Assembly: GCA_964606895.1 (NCBI GenBank)
Contig: CAZSHX010000005.1
Location: 16,936-80,935, forward strand
DNA from: an uncultured Hyphomicrobiales bacterium
Lineage (GTDB): Bacteria > Bacteroidota > Ignavibacteria > Kapaibacteriales > UBA2268
Length of the DNA stretch: 64,000 nt
Direction: 5' to 3'
Below the pieces are notes generated by a model that made no database searches, had not been told where the DNA came from, and saw nothing but the letters and a program-made list of their open reading frames with translations. Position numbers and translations under genes: made by a program. Numbering within the stretch: position 1 is the first letter of the stretch; every line of letters begins with the position of its first letter. Positions 1-11,458 of this stretch are shown piece after piece.

Positions 1-57
1 TCCTGATAATTGGAACAAATTTATCAAAACCAATATTAATATAATTTTTTTCACCAT
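1..57 (-). CDS. 5' end of a secreted protein running off the window (MVKKIILILVLINLFQLSG...)
   Basis: ATG at 57 on the minus strand, CAGGAG RBS just upstream, signal-peptide-like sequence, frame open to the window edge. Confidence 0.6.
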   Translation of the reverse strand, partial: MVKKIILILVLINLFQLSG

Positions 58-156
58 TTATATCTCCTGAATAATTATTTTGATTATTGACGAAACAAAT
101 ATTTAATAATTGCTAATATTATTATTAGGCGATGTTAAATTGAGATGTTGAGAAAT

Positions 157-194
157 AAAAAAAAGCCTCAATGTTTTCACACTGAGGCTTTTTT
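157..194. terminator. Bidirectional intrinsic terminator
   Basis: A7-GCCTCA...TGAGGC-T6 hairpin just downstream of the 216..5828 gene. Confidence 0.75.
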
Positions 195-215
195 ATTTTT
201 TAACTATTCAGAGAT

Positions 216-3200
216 TTATTTGACAACTTGAATTTGTCTGATAAAGCTTGAATTTCCGGATTTGAATACTATGTTGTATGAACCTGAAGGCAAATTGCTA
301 ACATCAAATGATGCTGTGTTTTCGCCGGCAGTTGCTATACCCTTGAATATATTCATTGCATTCTTGCCGGAGACATCAAACAAAGTGATTGTTACATCCT
401 GGTCAGAATTTGCACTGAATGAAACGCTGACTTTTCCGTTTGCAGGATTTGGATTAGCAACGCCAAGCCATGTTCCTGTTCCGTCCAAAGCAACTTCAAC
501 TTCATTGCTGTATGAATATTTGCCATCTATGTCAAGCATTTTCAATCTGTATGAATAACGGTTGCCTGTTTCGACATTTCTGTCAGATACAGGACCATAG
601 TATTTCACACTCTCACTCTTGCCTGATGCTTTTTCTTCCGCGATTTTGGAAAAGTCTGATTTTCCTGCTTGATTGATAACGGCTCTTTCGATTTCGAATT
701 TATCTGATTTGTACTCACTTGCAGTGGTCCAATTCAAATCAACTCTGTTGCCTGCAACTGTTGCAGTAAGGTCAAGCAATTCAACAGGAATAATTGTTCC
801 GCCGTTCTTTTCTATAAAGTCAATCGCCGCTCTGAATACCATGTTAATATTGCTGAAATGTCTCCAGTCAATTCCGATCCCTACTACGTTTCTTGTTAAT
901 GTTGTGGTTGTGACTCCAACAATACTGTCGTTAACGCCTGCGGCTCTTGTTTGATAGAAATAAGCAGGCTGAGCTAAACCTTCTCCGGCTGGATTAACAG
1001 TCATCAATCCGCAATATGGCGGTACATCATTTAGGTAACCGGTTGAAACTACCTTTTCAACTAAATTACGTTCCAGGGAAACACCCTTAATCGTATTGCC
1101 TGCATAACTCCCATTGGCTCCCATAGGATTTCCAGGAGTGGCATTTACTGATCTGAAAATGTCTTTTAGGAAAGTTACATCGTTATTTGCATTGTTCTGA
1201 CTTAAATTGCGAACTAATTCCTGTGAAGCTGCAATTAAATTTTTCTTTTCATTTGTGTTACCCTGATCCAAAAATCTTCTAATGTCTGATCTCTGGAATC
1301 TGGTCAATGCTTTATCATTGTTGGAGGCATCTTTGTCGTTACCGTCTGACCAAACTACTGTTCTGAACATATTGTAGTTTACTGCTTTTGGTTCCCAGCC
1401 CAATCTGTCAAATATATCATAATCATAAACGGGTGGGTCGGCATCAATATTAATCTTCCAGCCAAATCTCTTGAAAGCTTTCATAACTGAGTCGTAGTTT
1501 AAGCGTCCGGCTATCTGATCAACAGTTGATGTGGGAATGAGTGTTGTATTACTGTTTTCGTTTGATACACAAACTCTCAAGTTTGATTTCATAAGATAGA
1601 ATCTAACAACCTTTGAAAACACATTATTGGAATTATTTTGATCCGCTTGAATTCCTATTTCAATTTTATATCTTGGAGTAACGTTTGCTTCCATACTAAC
1701 AAATTGGTCAGGCAAAACATAGCCTAATCCTCTAAGTTCACCATAAGTTCTTGGATAGAAGTTTAAACCGACGAAATCTGCTAAATTGAAACCAACTTCT
1801 ACTGTTTCGGATGAAGGAATATCAACAGTAGTTGATTTTTCTAGTTCAAATGTTGATGAAAAAGTCCCGTTTGGTAATTCTCTGTAGATTCTTACCTTGC
1901 AAGCAACTCCAAATTGCTGAATATTGCCGTTATTACGTACAAGACATTTAACATCTATAGGTGCTTTTGTCATTATATATTCTGCATCTGCAAATGTTCC
2001 TACGCTTACTTTGTAAGAGCCCGGCTGGGTAACTGTCAAACCTTCAACGTCTGATATAAACATTCTGCCGGTAAATTCTGATGCACCAATGTCATATCTC
2101 TGACCGGATGATCCACGAACATTTCCGTCAATATCGTTTGTATTCCATGTTAGTTTTTCTCCCCTATTATTCAGCAAAGAACCCATTGGTGGTTGTGGAG
2201 ATGTAATCACTCGTAGTCTTTGGTTTGGTTCTGCTCCAAGATATACAAGGTCACCGGTGAAATTACCAAATATTGAGTACATATCTTGCTTTGTCCACTG
2301 TTGCCATTGTGATAAAGTTTTGAAATCATCACGATTGTATGTATCAACAATATTGTTATTTCCATCCATTTCAACAAACCTTACAACAGATGCTCCGCTG
2401 TTAGTTGTTGACCAGAATACGTTTCTGTCAGATCTAAAGTTTCCATTTTTGGGGAATGCTCCCTGATAAAATAATCCTGCATATACCGGACTGCTTGAAA
2501 GTACATCATTATCTTCCAAAGCTATTGCATTGTTCATTACAATTGCTCCGGTTGCCTGTTGTACTCCGATACCTGCCGTTACGCCTGTATTCATCATTCC
2601 ACCGTCCCAGGGGATTCTGATTGTATTGTTGCAGATTTTATCGTTTCTTGTCCAGTAATTTGTTACTGATGGTGTCAACATCTTTGTTAATGCATCAACA
2701 TTTGCGTTTGTTCTTGATGTTAACAAATGGATACCTGCTCTGCCTGTATTGCCGTTTGCCACATTCAAGCCCCAAATTGCATTGTTTGTTATTATCATGC
2801 TTTCCGCAACATCCGGAAAGTAAACAAATGAAGGATTGATTGCTGGATATCCGTTTCTGCATTGTTCAACTTTGATACCGTAAGTCATCGTATTCGAATT
2901 GACATTGCTGATTTCGTTGCCGTTTAAGCTTAGACCAATATTATTATAGCCATTGTATGAAGTATTGCCTTCACCGCCTGCAATTATTCCTGCGGCATCA
3001 GCAAAGTTCGTTCCTCCAACATTGTATACCTTATTATACATGAATTTTGAATTCTCTTCATGACCAATAAACATTCCGGCTCTGCCTATATTGTAGAATG
3101 TGTTGTAGGATACTTCATTATTATTATTATAGTATCTCTGATATTTATCAGGTCCTGCATTCTTTAGTGGTCCGATTCCCAGGTCAACCAATCCATATCC

Positions 3201-5828
3201 AAAGCCGGAAATCTCGTTGTTAGTTATCAATATATTATTGATTGCCACTGTATCAAGCTTCAAAATATTTGAATTAAGTTTGCCTGCATCAAAAGGTGCC
3301 ATGCCTCTCATCAATATTCCGGATGAATATGTGATATTACCTGTCCTCGTATTCGGTTCAAAAGAAAATTGAGTAAGGGCTATATCAAACTTTGTTAAAG
3401 GAATAGCTGTTGATGTTAAATTTGGAGCTGCATCTTCAATTAAAAGATTTTTGAGGGCTATATTCTTAGATCCTTCAAGCATATAGAATGCGGCTCTGAA
3501 AGGATTGTTCGTATTTAATCTGAATTTCAAAGATTTTTGTGAACCGCCATCAAAAATTATATTACCTTCTGATCTGGCATAGACTTTCTTCAAGCTTGAA
3601 GTAACGCCGTTAACTGCCGCTCCAAAATGTGAAGGCAGAACATTCTGTCCCATTTGGACACCGATACCTGCACCGGAATACATATTGATATTCACTGAAG
3701 CTTTTCCAATCAATCTGTTTGTGGAAGGCTTAAAGGTGATAGTATTAGTGGAACTGACTCCAATAATATTTGATGATAAATCAATAGCTGGACCAGTCAA
3801 ATTCAAGTCACCAACATTATAATTTGCATCAGTAAGTTCAAAAACTACGGGTCCGGTAAGTCCTTTTAAATATAAAGCATTTAAAGCATCATCAAATGTT
3901 GCAAAATTTCTTGAACCCGACATTGTTGTCCCAATCGTGTAGGTTCCGCTCATTGCGTCAACCACTTGAAATATCTGACAGAATGAATTGTTGCTTGTTA
4001 CAGGATCATCTGGCGAACTGACAGTAATACACGCTTTGTAAGAACCTGCTGATGGTGGAATAAAGTTTTGACTGAAGTAAACATCTGATGTGTTAACTTT
4101 GCCGGAAGCTAAATCCTGAATAATTATATTATCTTTGAAAACAGTATCAAAAGGAGCTGTCATTCTAACAATATACATTGATGCAGGAACATCGGACATA
4201 TCGCTTACACCGTTATTTCTGAACCTGCCGATTGGAATAAAAGGTCTTCTTACGTAAACTTCTGCTCCGGGAGCAACAACAGCAATTGCTTCTGCTTCAA
4301 TTTCATAAGCAATTTCAAAGTAATAAGCGGCGGCAGAAGCCCTTGGGAAATAATTATTCGAAGGTTCCTGATCCGTTGAACTTAATAAGTTAGCCCAAGC
4401 TGTAACTTTATAGTTCCCAACATATCTTGGGTGGTAACTGGCAAAATTCACAAGTACAAATTCACCCGTGCTAAGTGGCGTTGCATTTGACCAATGAACT
4501 GTATCGGTATAAACAATCTGCCCATTTAGCTCGAAATTTATTCTTACACCAAACTCATAAACAGGGTTAATTCCTATATTGCTAACCCTTACCTGAACAG
4601 GAATGGTTGCCGTCTGTGGATATTTCTTTGTTTCATTGCTTGATGGTGAGTTTAATGTAGTTAATGCAAGGTCATCAGCAAGTGCAATAATAAACTTCTG
4701 AGTAGGAAAGTTCTGAACGTAATTAAATGCAGGAAGAACCATTTGTGACTCAACTGAATATTCTCCACCGGGAATTTTAGCCTGATTTGTTGACAAATCC
4801 AAATCTCCATTTGCTCCTGCGGCAATACCTATTGCATAAGGTATATTGGTAATTTTAGGACTGCCAACAGGCTGAGGATTAAAATAAATCAGATCGTTTC
4901 CGTTATTCGGTGGAGGATTGACACCTCTGTAAATTACCTTATAGTCAGGATTTGAAGCAGGAAGAGGACCTGCAATCACATAATATGCATAAATATCTGT
5001 TTGTCCTGCGATTCTATTGAATGACATCGAAGGATGCTGTGTACCAGAATATACAGAACCTCTTGTTAAAATAACACCATCTTTTGGGTAGACATCAATA
5101 AATCCCGGATATGAAGTGAGCGAAATTGTCTTATTTGCAAGATATCCATGTATTGTGCTATTTGTTACGTAAGAAGAAGCATTATTAGGTGATGGGTTTT
5201 TTGAAGAAAAGTGGAATGTGAAATTACTTGCTGAACTTGCAGGCTGTACGTTTATCCAGTCAGTTGATGAAGCTGAAAAACCGACATGTTCTGTGTAAAC
5301 ATTGTAACTGCCGGAATTCATTGTTCCATAGCAAATATCAATTTGATTTGATGTTTCATAAAGTTTAATTTGGAAATTATTACTTGCTCCGTAATCACTA
5401 CAGCAATATTGATTATTCTCCCATTGGAAAACAACTACTCTGTTTGGTGCAGTGCCCTGAAGCGAGACACCCCATGGTCCTGAGGACAAATATAAGTCCC
5501 ATCGAAGGGCTGTCACACTAGGATATACAATACTTAAATCACTTGTGTAAGCACTATAGTTAGTATAAGGTGAGAAACAAATGTAACCGTTTGAACTTAC
5601 ATAAATAACGGTATTATCTTTACCGTCAAATTTAAAAGTGAATGGTATTGTAACAGCATAAACTGTATCGTCAGCATACCCCCATTGGGTTGAATAAGAA
5701 ACTTTGGTGAAAGTTGCATCGCTGGCACTAATAGTCATTTGTTGTAGCGACTGTGCCTTTGCTCCTATAGCAAAAATTGCTAAAAACCCTATTACCAATA
5801 GAGTTCGCTTGAGTAATCTGTTAATCAT
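216..5828 (-). CDS. Large T9SS-secreted surface protein (CARDB/Ig-like domains, beta-helix-like region, T9SS type A C-terminal sorting domain)
   Basis: 1870-aa ORF with signal peptide; 'D..SNN' CARDB-like ends; 'IPVELLDLTA...LNWTTASE' module; CTD 'NPNPA...DVSNLPSGSY...IQVVK'. Confidence 0.8.
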   Translation of the reverse strand: MINRLLKRTLLVIGFLAIFAIGAKAQSLQQMTISASDATFTKVSYSTQWGYADDTVYAVTIPFTFKFDGKDNTVIYVSSNGYICFSPYTNYSAYTSDLSIVYPSVTALRWDLYLSSGPWGVSLQGTAPNRVVVFQWENNQYCCSDYGASNNFQIKLYETSNQIDICYGTMNSGSYNVYTEHVGFSASSTDWINVQPASSASNFTFHFSSKNPSPNNASSYVTNSTIHGYLANKTISLTSYPGFIDVYPKDGVILTRGSVYSGTQHPSMSFNRIAGQTDIYAYYVIAGPLPASNPDYKVIYRGVNPPPNNGNDLIYFNPQPVGSPKITNIPYAIGIAAGANGDLDLSTNQAKIPGGEYSVESQMVLPAFNYVQNFPTQKFIIALADDLALTTLNSPSSNETKKYPQTATIPVQVRVSNIGINPVYEFGVRINFELNGQIVYTDTVHWSNATPLSTGEFVLVNFASYHPRYVGNYKVTAWANLLSSTDQEPSNNYFPRASAAAYYFEIAYEIEAEAIAVVAPGAEVYVRRPFIPIGRFRNNGVSDMSDVPASMYIVRMTAPFDTVFKDNIIIQDLASGKVNTSDVYFSQNFIPPSAGSYKACITVSSPDDPVTSNNSFCQIFQVVDAMSGTYTIGTTMSGSRNFATFDDALNALYLKGLTGPVVFELTDANYNVGDLNLTGPAIDLSSNIIGVSSTNTITFKPSTNRLIGKASVNINMYSGAGIGVQMGQNVLPSHFGAAVNGVTSSLKKVYARSEGNIIFDGGSQKSLKFRLNTNNPFRAAFYMLEGSKNIALKNLLIEDAAPNLTSTAIPLTKFDIALTQFSFEPNTRTGNITYSSGILMRGMAPFDAGKLNSNILKLDTVAINNILITNNEISGFGYGLVDLGIGPLKNAGPDKYQRYYNNNNEVSYNTFYNIGRAGMFIGHEENSKFMYNKVYNVGGTNFADAAGIIAGGEGNTSYNGYNNIGLSLNGNEISNVNSNTMTYGIKVEQCRNGYPAINPSFVYFPDVAESMIITNNAIWGLNVANGNTGRAGIHLLTSRTNANVDALTKMLTPSVTNYWTRNDKICNNTIRIPWDGGMMNTGVTAGIGVQQATGAIVMNNAIALEDNDVLSSSPVYAGLFYQGAFPKNGNFRSDRNVFWSTTNSGASVVRFVEMDGNNNIVDTYNRDDFKTLSQWQQWTKQDMYSIFGNFTGDLVYLGAEPNQRLRVITSPQPPMGSLLNNRGEKLTWNTNDIDGNVRGSSGQRYDIGASEFTGRMFISDVEGLTVTQPGSYKVSVGTFADAEYIMTKAPIDVKCLVRNNGNIQQFGVACKVRIYRELPNGTFSSTFELEKSTTVDIPSSETVEVGFNLADFVGLNFYPRTYGELRGLGYVLPDQFVSMEANVTPRYKIEIGIQADQNNSNNVFSKVVRFYLMKSNLRVCVSNENSNTTLIPTSTVDQIAGRLNYDSVMKAFKRFGWKINIDADPPVYDYDIFDRLGWEPKAVNYNMFRTVVWSDGNDKDASNNDKALTRFQRSDIRRFLDQGNTNEKKNLIAASQELVRNLSQNNANNDVTFLKDIFRSVNATPGNPMGANGSYAGNTIKGVSLERNLVEKVVSTGYLNDVPPYCGLMTVNPAGEGLAQPAYFYQTRAAGVNDSIVGVTTTTLTRNVVGIGIDWRHFSNINMVFRAAIDFIEKNGGTIIPVELLDLTATVAGNRVDLNWTTASEYKSDKFEIERAVINQAGKSDFSKIAEEKASGKSESVKYYGPVSDRNVETGNRYSYRLKMLDIDGKYSYSNEVEVALDGTGTWLGVANPNPANGKVSVSFSANSDQDVTITLFDVSGKNAMNIFKGIATAGENTASFDVSNLPSGSYNIVFKSGNSSFIRQIQVVK

Positions 5829-6101
5829 GTTTAGGTCCTCCGAAAAAATTATACTAAATTATTGATTATAATTGATTTATATTTTCTATGTAATAAATTC
5901 TATGTATCAAATATTCCTATTGAAAGTTTTTCAATCCTATTTATTATACAAAACGTAAACTACTGAAAAATCTTATTCTCTCAGACAGTTATTAGTATTG
6001 TAATCTACATTTACAATTCAAAATGCCAAAATTCTCAAAAAAAAGTGTCAGATTGCCATCACATGTGTAAGAAATTACACACTTTTAAAATTTAGGAAAT
6101 C

Positions 6102-7724
6102 CTAACTTTTTTTCTCTAATTTTAGTTTATTAAATCTAACAAAAATCGTTCCAGTCTTTGAATCTTTGAAAAGAACAGAAAATTGCCATCCGAATAAATT
6201 CTGTCCATCAAGCCCAAAAAACGGCTTTCTTCCAAAATCTTTTATCTCGGACAAAGAATCCTTAATTTGTTCCGGAGCATAAAAATAATTGAGCGAACCC
6301 ATTACACTTATGCCGCGAGAATATGCCAAATCGAGCAATCTTCCTTCTTTTTTTGCCTGTATAGCTTCCTTATCGAAATTAAGTCCAAACCCACTAAGAC
6401 AAGCATAATTTAATGAATAGGCAAGAATGCCATCGTCAAATTCCAAAATTCCTTTGCCGTCGTAAATTTTGCGAATTTCCTTTTCAATTCTACTACGGTT
6501 ATTCCAAAACTTAGAATACTTTTCATTGTAATGAAATCTCTTCAAATCAATAAAACTATTCATAAATGCAAAAATAAATAAAATTAAACCAATATTAGCA
6601 GAAATTCTCATTATTTTTGCTCGCATTAATTCCTTGTCCGACTCTAAAAATATATCCTTTAACCAACAGCCGATTATTAAATTTGCAATTATAACACTAT
6701 CAACAAAATACCAAACACCTTGATTCCAGAAATCCACGAACAAAAGATTGTAAAATGCCTTAATCAGTATGTAAACTGAAAGTATAGAAAAAACCTTTTG
6801 CTTCTTTTTTCCAAAAAGATATATCAGAGAAATAATTGCTGGAAAAACAAGGGGCAAAACCCTTTGTGCGAGATTCAGACCGTATAAATCCCTGATTGAA
6901 CCCCCATAACTGAACAAATTGATAATATGAAGCAGATTCAAAGGATAGAAAGCATTTTTCTCTGTTCCGCTCACCGGCAGTAGCATCCCTGTTGAGCTTT
7001 GATTATAAACCAAATATACCAAAATCAAAAATGAAGGAATTGAAATAAGTGTAATTAAATTTCTGCTGATTTTCTTTTCTTGGAAAAGTAAACCTAAAGC
7101 AAAAGCAGGCAAAAGAAAAAAATCGTCAAGTCTTGAAAATCCTATCAATGAAATAGAAACAGCTAAAATCAACACCTTTGAGAGATTTAGATTTTCTAGC
7201 AATCGAAAATTTATCAGTAAAATCAGTAGTATCCCAAAAGAAAAGATTGAAAATCCACTCTCCATTCCATTGATAAAGCTCCAGGGACTGTAGTGATGCC
7301 CCAAAATGAATGAGAAAAGCAGATAAAAAAAGCCGGGAATCAGAGTCAGGATTGCCAAAAATTCATTTTTCAATAGTTTGAACAAAGCTAAAACAATTAA
7401 CCCATATCCAAAAGCTGTGAAAATCATAGAAGAAAAGAAAGCAAAAGTAAGTTGACTATTCTTTTCCGGAATAAATTTGAAAGCATAAGTTAAGTAATAC
7501 TGCCAAAGCGGATGAAAACCATTTGTCGGATTCACACCATCGTAAGTATAAAAATTTTTGTTCGCAGATTTATCGGCGACATTCAGATAATAAAACGAAT
7601 CTCCGGCAAAATAAGCAAAAATTGCTGATGTTCCGTTCTGTTTGTAAGAGCGAATCGGCACATAGCAAATTGCTGAAACAACGAAGAGTAAGAGCAATAT
7701 TTGAAAAAGTAATTTTTTTGTCAT
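6102..7724 (-). CDS. Polytopic membrane protein, possible GT-C-type glycosyltransferase
   Basis: Many TM helices; 'GDSFYY...YDGVNPTNGFHPLW', 'GMES' and 'SRLDD' motifs typical of GT-C-like proteins. Start placed at ATG 7724 to avoid overlap with the divergent gene. Confidence 0.55.
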   Translation of the reverse strand: MTKKLLFQILLLLFVVSAICYVPIRSYKQNGTSAIFAYFAGDSFYYLNVADKSANKNFYTYDGVNPTNGFHPLWQYYLTYAFKFIPEKNSQLTFAFFSSMIFTAFGYGLIVLALFKLLKNEFLAILTLIPGFFYLLFSFILGHHYSPWSFINGMESGFSIFSFGILLILLINFRLLENLNLSKVLILAVSISLIGFSRLDDFFLLPAFALGLLFQEKKISRNLITLISIPSFLILVYLVYNQSSTGMLLPVSGTEKNAFYPLNLLHIINLFSYGGSIRDLYGLNLAQRVLPLVFPAIISLIYLFGKKKQKVFSILSVYILIKAFYNLLFVDFWNQGVWYFVDSVIIANLIIGCWLKDIFLESDKELMRAKIMRISANIGLILFIFAFMNSFIDLKRFHYNEKYSKFWNNRSRIEKEIRKIYDGKGILEFDDGILAYSLNYACLSGFGLNFDKEAIQAKKEGRLLDLAYSRGISVMGSLNYFYAPEQIKDSLSEIKDFGRKPFFGLDGQNLFGWQFSVLFKDSKTGTIFVRFNKLKLEKKS

Positions 7725-7815
7725 ATTCAAAAATTGTATATTTACATTAATATACTTGCAAATATGCAAAAAATGGAATAATTATTTATCTAAATTATTT
7801 GAAGATATATTGCCT

Positions 7816-9264
7816 ATGGAAAATCATTTCAAAAAAAGTCTGAATCTGACCGACTCGACTGCTTTAGTAATCGGCTCGATGATTGGTTCCGGAATTTTTA
7901 TTGTCAGTGCAGATATGGCTCGCAATCTGGGTTCGCCGGGATGGCTACTCGTGGCATGGCTATTATCCGGTTTTATGACTATAATCGCGGCTCTGAGCTA
8001 CGGAGAATTAGCCGGAATGTTCCCCAAAGCCGGAGGACAGTACGTCTATCTTTGCGAAGCATACAATCCCTTTGTCGGTTTTCTATATGGATGGACATTA
8101 TTTCTTGTGATCCAAACCGGCACAATCGCGGCTGTAGCTGTTGCATTTGCAAAATTCACCGGAGTTCTGATTCCCTGGATTTCAACTACAAATATCCTTA
8201 TTGATTTGCACTTTATAAAAATCAGTTCGGCACAGATTTTTGCAATCCTTTCTCTGATTCTTCTGACCATGATAAACTTGAACGGAATAAAAACCGGAAA
8301 GCATGTTCAAAATCTTTTTACTTTTTCGAAATTATTGATTTTATTTGGTCTTTTAGTTGTCGGATTATTTTTCGTAAGTAATTCCGGTTCAATTGAGTAT
8401 AATTCCAAAATCTTTTGGGATGCTGTTCATATCGAGAATGGTAGTATTCTACCTTTGACAGGTTTTGCTCTGATTGCGGCTTTGGGAACTTCAATGGTTG
8501 GTTCGCTTTTTTCTTCGGATGCATGGAATAATATAACTTTTACTGCCGGAGAAGTTGTCAACCCCAAAAGGAATATTCCGCTCAGCTTGTTTTTTGGAAC
8601 ATTGATTGTTAATCTGATTTACATTCTCGCTGTTGTTGTTTATATTAAAATTCTTCCACTCAGAGGAATTGCCGAAGGAGGAACCGTACTCGAAAGAGGA
8701 ATTCAATTCGCAACAAACGACAGGGTAGGAACAGCGGCTTTAAGTGTTGTACTTGGTGATTATGCGGCAATCGTCATGGCAATTTTCATCATGATTTCAA
8801 CTTTCGGCTGTAACAACGGATTAATTCTATCTGGGGCAAGAGTTTACTACGCTATGGCGAAAGACAAACTGTTTTTCAAAAGTGCCGGACATCTGAATAA
8901 AAAACAAGTACCTTCAGGAAGTTTGATATTGCAATGTGTTTGGGCTTGCATACTTTGCCTGACGGGTTCTTACGGTGAATTACTTGATTATGTGGTCTTC
9001 GCAGTTCTGATTTTTTATGTATTAACAATCGGCGGAATATTTATTCTCAGAAAACGAAAACCTGCAATCGAAAGACCATACAAAGCATTCGGGTATCCGG
9101 TTATCCCTGCTATTTACATTGCTATGGCATCATTTGTGATGTATATCTTACTGATTTACAAACCTGAATTTACAATACGCGGATTGATTATTGTTCTGAT
9201 GGGCATTCCTGTTTATTTTTTCTGGAAATATTTGAATAACGTAAAAAAAGTAAAAATAAAATGA
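7816..9264 (+). CDS. APC-family amino acid permease
   Basis: 'GSMIGSGIF' TM1 motif, 'ELAGMFPKAGGQYVYL', ~12 TMs; start at ATG 7816 (MENHF). Confidence 0.9.
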   Translation: MENHFKKSLNLTDSTALVIGSMIGSGIFIVSADMARNLGSPGWLLVAWLLSGFMTIIAALSYGELAGMFPKAGGQYVYLCEAYNPFVGFLYGWTLFLVIQTGTIAAVAVAFAKFTGVLIPWISTTNILIDLHFIKISSAQIFAILSLILLTMINLNGIKTGKHVQNLFTFSKLLILFGLLVVGLFFVSNSGSIEYNSKIFWDAVHIENGSILPLTGFALIAALGTSMVGSLFSSDAWNNITFTAGEVVNPKRNIPLSLFFGTLIVNLIYILAVVVYIKILPLRGIAEGGTVLERGIQFATNDRVGTAALSVVLGDYAAIVMAIFIMISTFGCNNGLILSGARVYYAMAKDKLFFKSAGHLNKKQVPSGSLILQCVWACILCLTGSYGELLDYVVFAVLIFYVLTIGGIFILRKRKPAIERPYKAFGYPVIPAIYIAMASFVMYILLIYKPEFTIRGLIIVLMGIPVYFFWKYLNNVKKVKIK

Positions 9265-10280
9265 AGTTTTTTACAAATTACAGCTTAAAAAAGCATAATA
9301 CTTTTGGTATTGACTGCAAGTCAAAATATTATGTCAGTATTGAAAATGAATCAGATTTACGCAATCTTGCCAACTCACCCATTTTGCAAAACAACAAATG
9401 CTTTATTATCGGAAGCGGTTCAAATTTGCTTTTTGCAGATGATTTCGACGGATTAATCATTGATGTTAATATTAAAGGAATTTCGGTTAAATCAAGAAAT
9501 GAAAACTCAATCATAATTGAATCAGGAGCAGGTGAAAAGTGGCATTCATTTGTTGAATATTGCGTAAATAACAACTATTTCGGAGCTGAAAACCTTGCTT
9601 TAATACCCGGAAAAGTTGGTGCGGCACCTGTTCAAAATATCGGGGCTTACGGCATCGAACAGAAAGATATTTTTCATTCGCTTAAAGGCTTCAATCTCCA
9701 AACCGAAGAATTTATGGAGTTCCCAAAAGATAAATGCGATTTCGGCTATCGTAATTCCATTTTCAAAAATGAGTTTTCAATTAATTTTATAATTACTTCT
9801 GTCAGATACGAACTTAGTTTAGAACCAAAACTGAACTTGAACTATAATGACATCAATGCTTTTCTGAAACTTGCAAAAATAGATAATCCCAAACCCATAG
9901 ATATATTCCATGCAATCTGCAGTATCAGGCAAAGCAAGCTTCCTGATTTTGAAAAAATTGGAAATGCCGGAAGCTTCTTCAAGAATCCCGTCATCACTTC
10001 AGAGCAATATTTAAAAATTAAATCAAATATTCCCGGAATAACAGGTTGGGAGCAGTCGGACGGTTCCATGAAACTTTCAGCCGGGCAATTGATAGAATAT
10101 TGCGGCTGGAAGGGAAAAAGAAAAGGAAACGCTGGAGTTTACGACAAACATGCCCTTGTTTTAGTTAATCTCGGGAATGCAACCGGAAAAGAAATCCTTA
10201 GCCTTGCAGACGATATCACAGAATCAGTCCATGATAAATTCGGGATTATTCTTGAGAAAGAAGTATTGGTTGTCCGGTAA
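9261..10280 (+). CDS. murB: UDP-N-acetylenolpyruvoylglucosamine reductase
   Basis: 'GSGSNLLF', 'ENLALIPGKVGAAPVQNIGAYG', 'GNAGSFFKNP', 'KHALVLVN'. Confidence 0.96.
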   Translation: MKFFTNYSLKKHNTFGIDCKSKYYVSIENESDLRNLANSPILQNNKCFIIGSGSNLLFADDFDGLIIDVNIKGISVKSRNENSIIIESGAGEKWHSFVEYCVNNNYFGAENLALIPGKVGAAPVQNIGAYGIEQKDIFHSLKGFNLQTEEFMEFPKDKCDFGYRNSIFKNEFSINFIITSVRYELSLEPKLNLNYNDINAFLKLAKIDNPKPIDIFHAICSIRQSKLPDFEKIGNAGSFFKNPVITSEQYLKIKSNIPGITGWEQSDGSMKLSAGQLIEYCGWKGKRKGNAGVYDKHALVLVNLGNATGKEILSLADDITESVHDKFGIILEKEVLVVR

Positions 10281-10454
10281 ATGGTTATTTTCGGTTTAAT
10301 CCAATTTTCAATGAATTACAATTTCATGGTAAAATTCCTCAAATTTAATTTAACTTTTCTTGAATATTTTAACTTTTTACTCGTAAATTTGCAATTGCTG
10401 TTGGACAATTTAATGCGATAAGTGGACTACAAACAATTAAAATATTCAAATTTT

Positions 10455-11417
10455 ATGAATGTCATTGACCTGAATTCTCCGGTCTTTGCCTCCAAACTTT
10501 CTGTTGTTGTATGCTTCGTTTTGTCCGCTATTGGTATCACATTGGGTTTGATGGAAGAATCTCTTGCAGTTTTAACCAATGGATTGATAGCCGCAATAGA
10601 TATTATCAACTCTTTCTTCTTTTTCTCAGCCGTCAAGCACAGCATCAAAATGCCGGACGTATTTCATAGTTACGGATATGGGAAATATGAAAGTCTTGCA
10701 ATATTATCCTCTGCTCTGCTCCTAATTTTGATTTCTTCTTTTACAATTTATCAGTCAATCTCTGAGTTTTCGGCAATCAGTCATGATATTAATTTTTCAA
10801 TATTATTAATTTTTTCTACCTTTTCTTTCTTTGCAATGCAGGGAATGTACCGGATACAAAAAAGAGCCGTAACCAAAAATAAAATGCCCGTTCTTGAATA
10901 CGATTCAGATATTTGGCGTTTTGACAGCTACATCGAACTTGGCGTTATAGCAAATCTTATTATTGGTCTTGTTCTGCACAGATACAATCTGCATACTTAT
11001 GCAAGTATTCTCGACTCTGTTACTGCCGTTGTTTTGATTGGCATGGCAACTAAAATACCAATTCAGCACGGAAAAAATGCTTTAGACCAACTCCTTGACC
11101 GGACTTTGCCGGAAACTATTCAATACGATATCCTGTCCGTTATTGTTGAAAATATTGATAAAATGTGCGAATACAACGGCGTACATACCAGACAGGCAGG
11201 CAAAGATATATTTATTGAGATAGATGCCGTTATGCCTTTTGACATTACGCTGAACGAGGCATTCCAAACTGAGAAAATCATTCTTAATTCACTGAAAGAA
11301 AAATATCCAAATGCCATACCACGACTTTATATTACTCCTTGCTCTAAGGACTGTGTCCATTCCGGCAAAAATCATTGCCCGGTTAAAAAGAGTCTGAATA
11401 GTGCCTTAAATCAATAA
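10455..11417 (+). CDS. Cation diffusion facilitator (CDF) family transporter
   Basis: '[15 protein letters not shown]', six TMs, C-terminal dimerisation domain '[14 protein letters not shown]' and Cys/His-rich tail. Confidence 0.8.
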   Translation: MNVIDLNSPVFASKLSVVVCFVLSAIGITLGLMEESLAVLTNGLIAAIDIINSFFFFSAVKHSIKMPDVFHSYGYGKYESLAILSSALLLILISSFTIYQSISEFSAISHDINFSILLIFSTFSFFAMQGMYRIQKRAVTKNKMPVLEYDSDIWRFDSYIELGVIANLIIGLVLHRYNLHTYASILDSVTAVVLIGMATKIPIQHGKNALDQLLDRTLPETIQYDILSVIVENIDKMCEYNGVHTRQAGKDIFIEIDAVMPFDITLNEAFQTEKIILNSLKEKYPNAIPRLYITPCSKDCVHSGKNHCPVKKSLNSALNQ

Positions 11418-11458
11418 TTTATGAAAATCAAATTGAAAAGTATAATATAAATAAGAAT

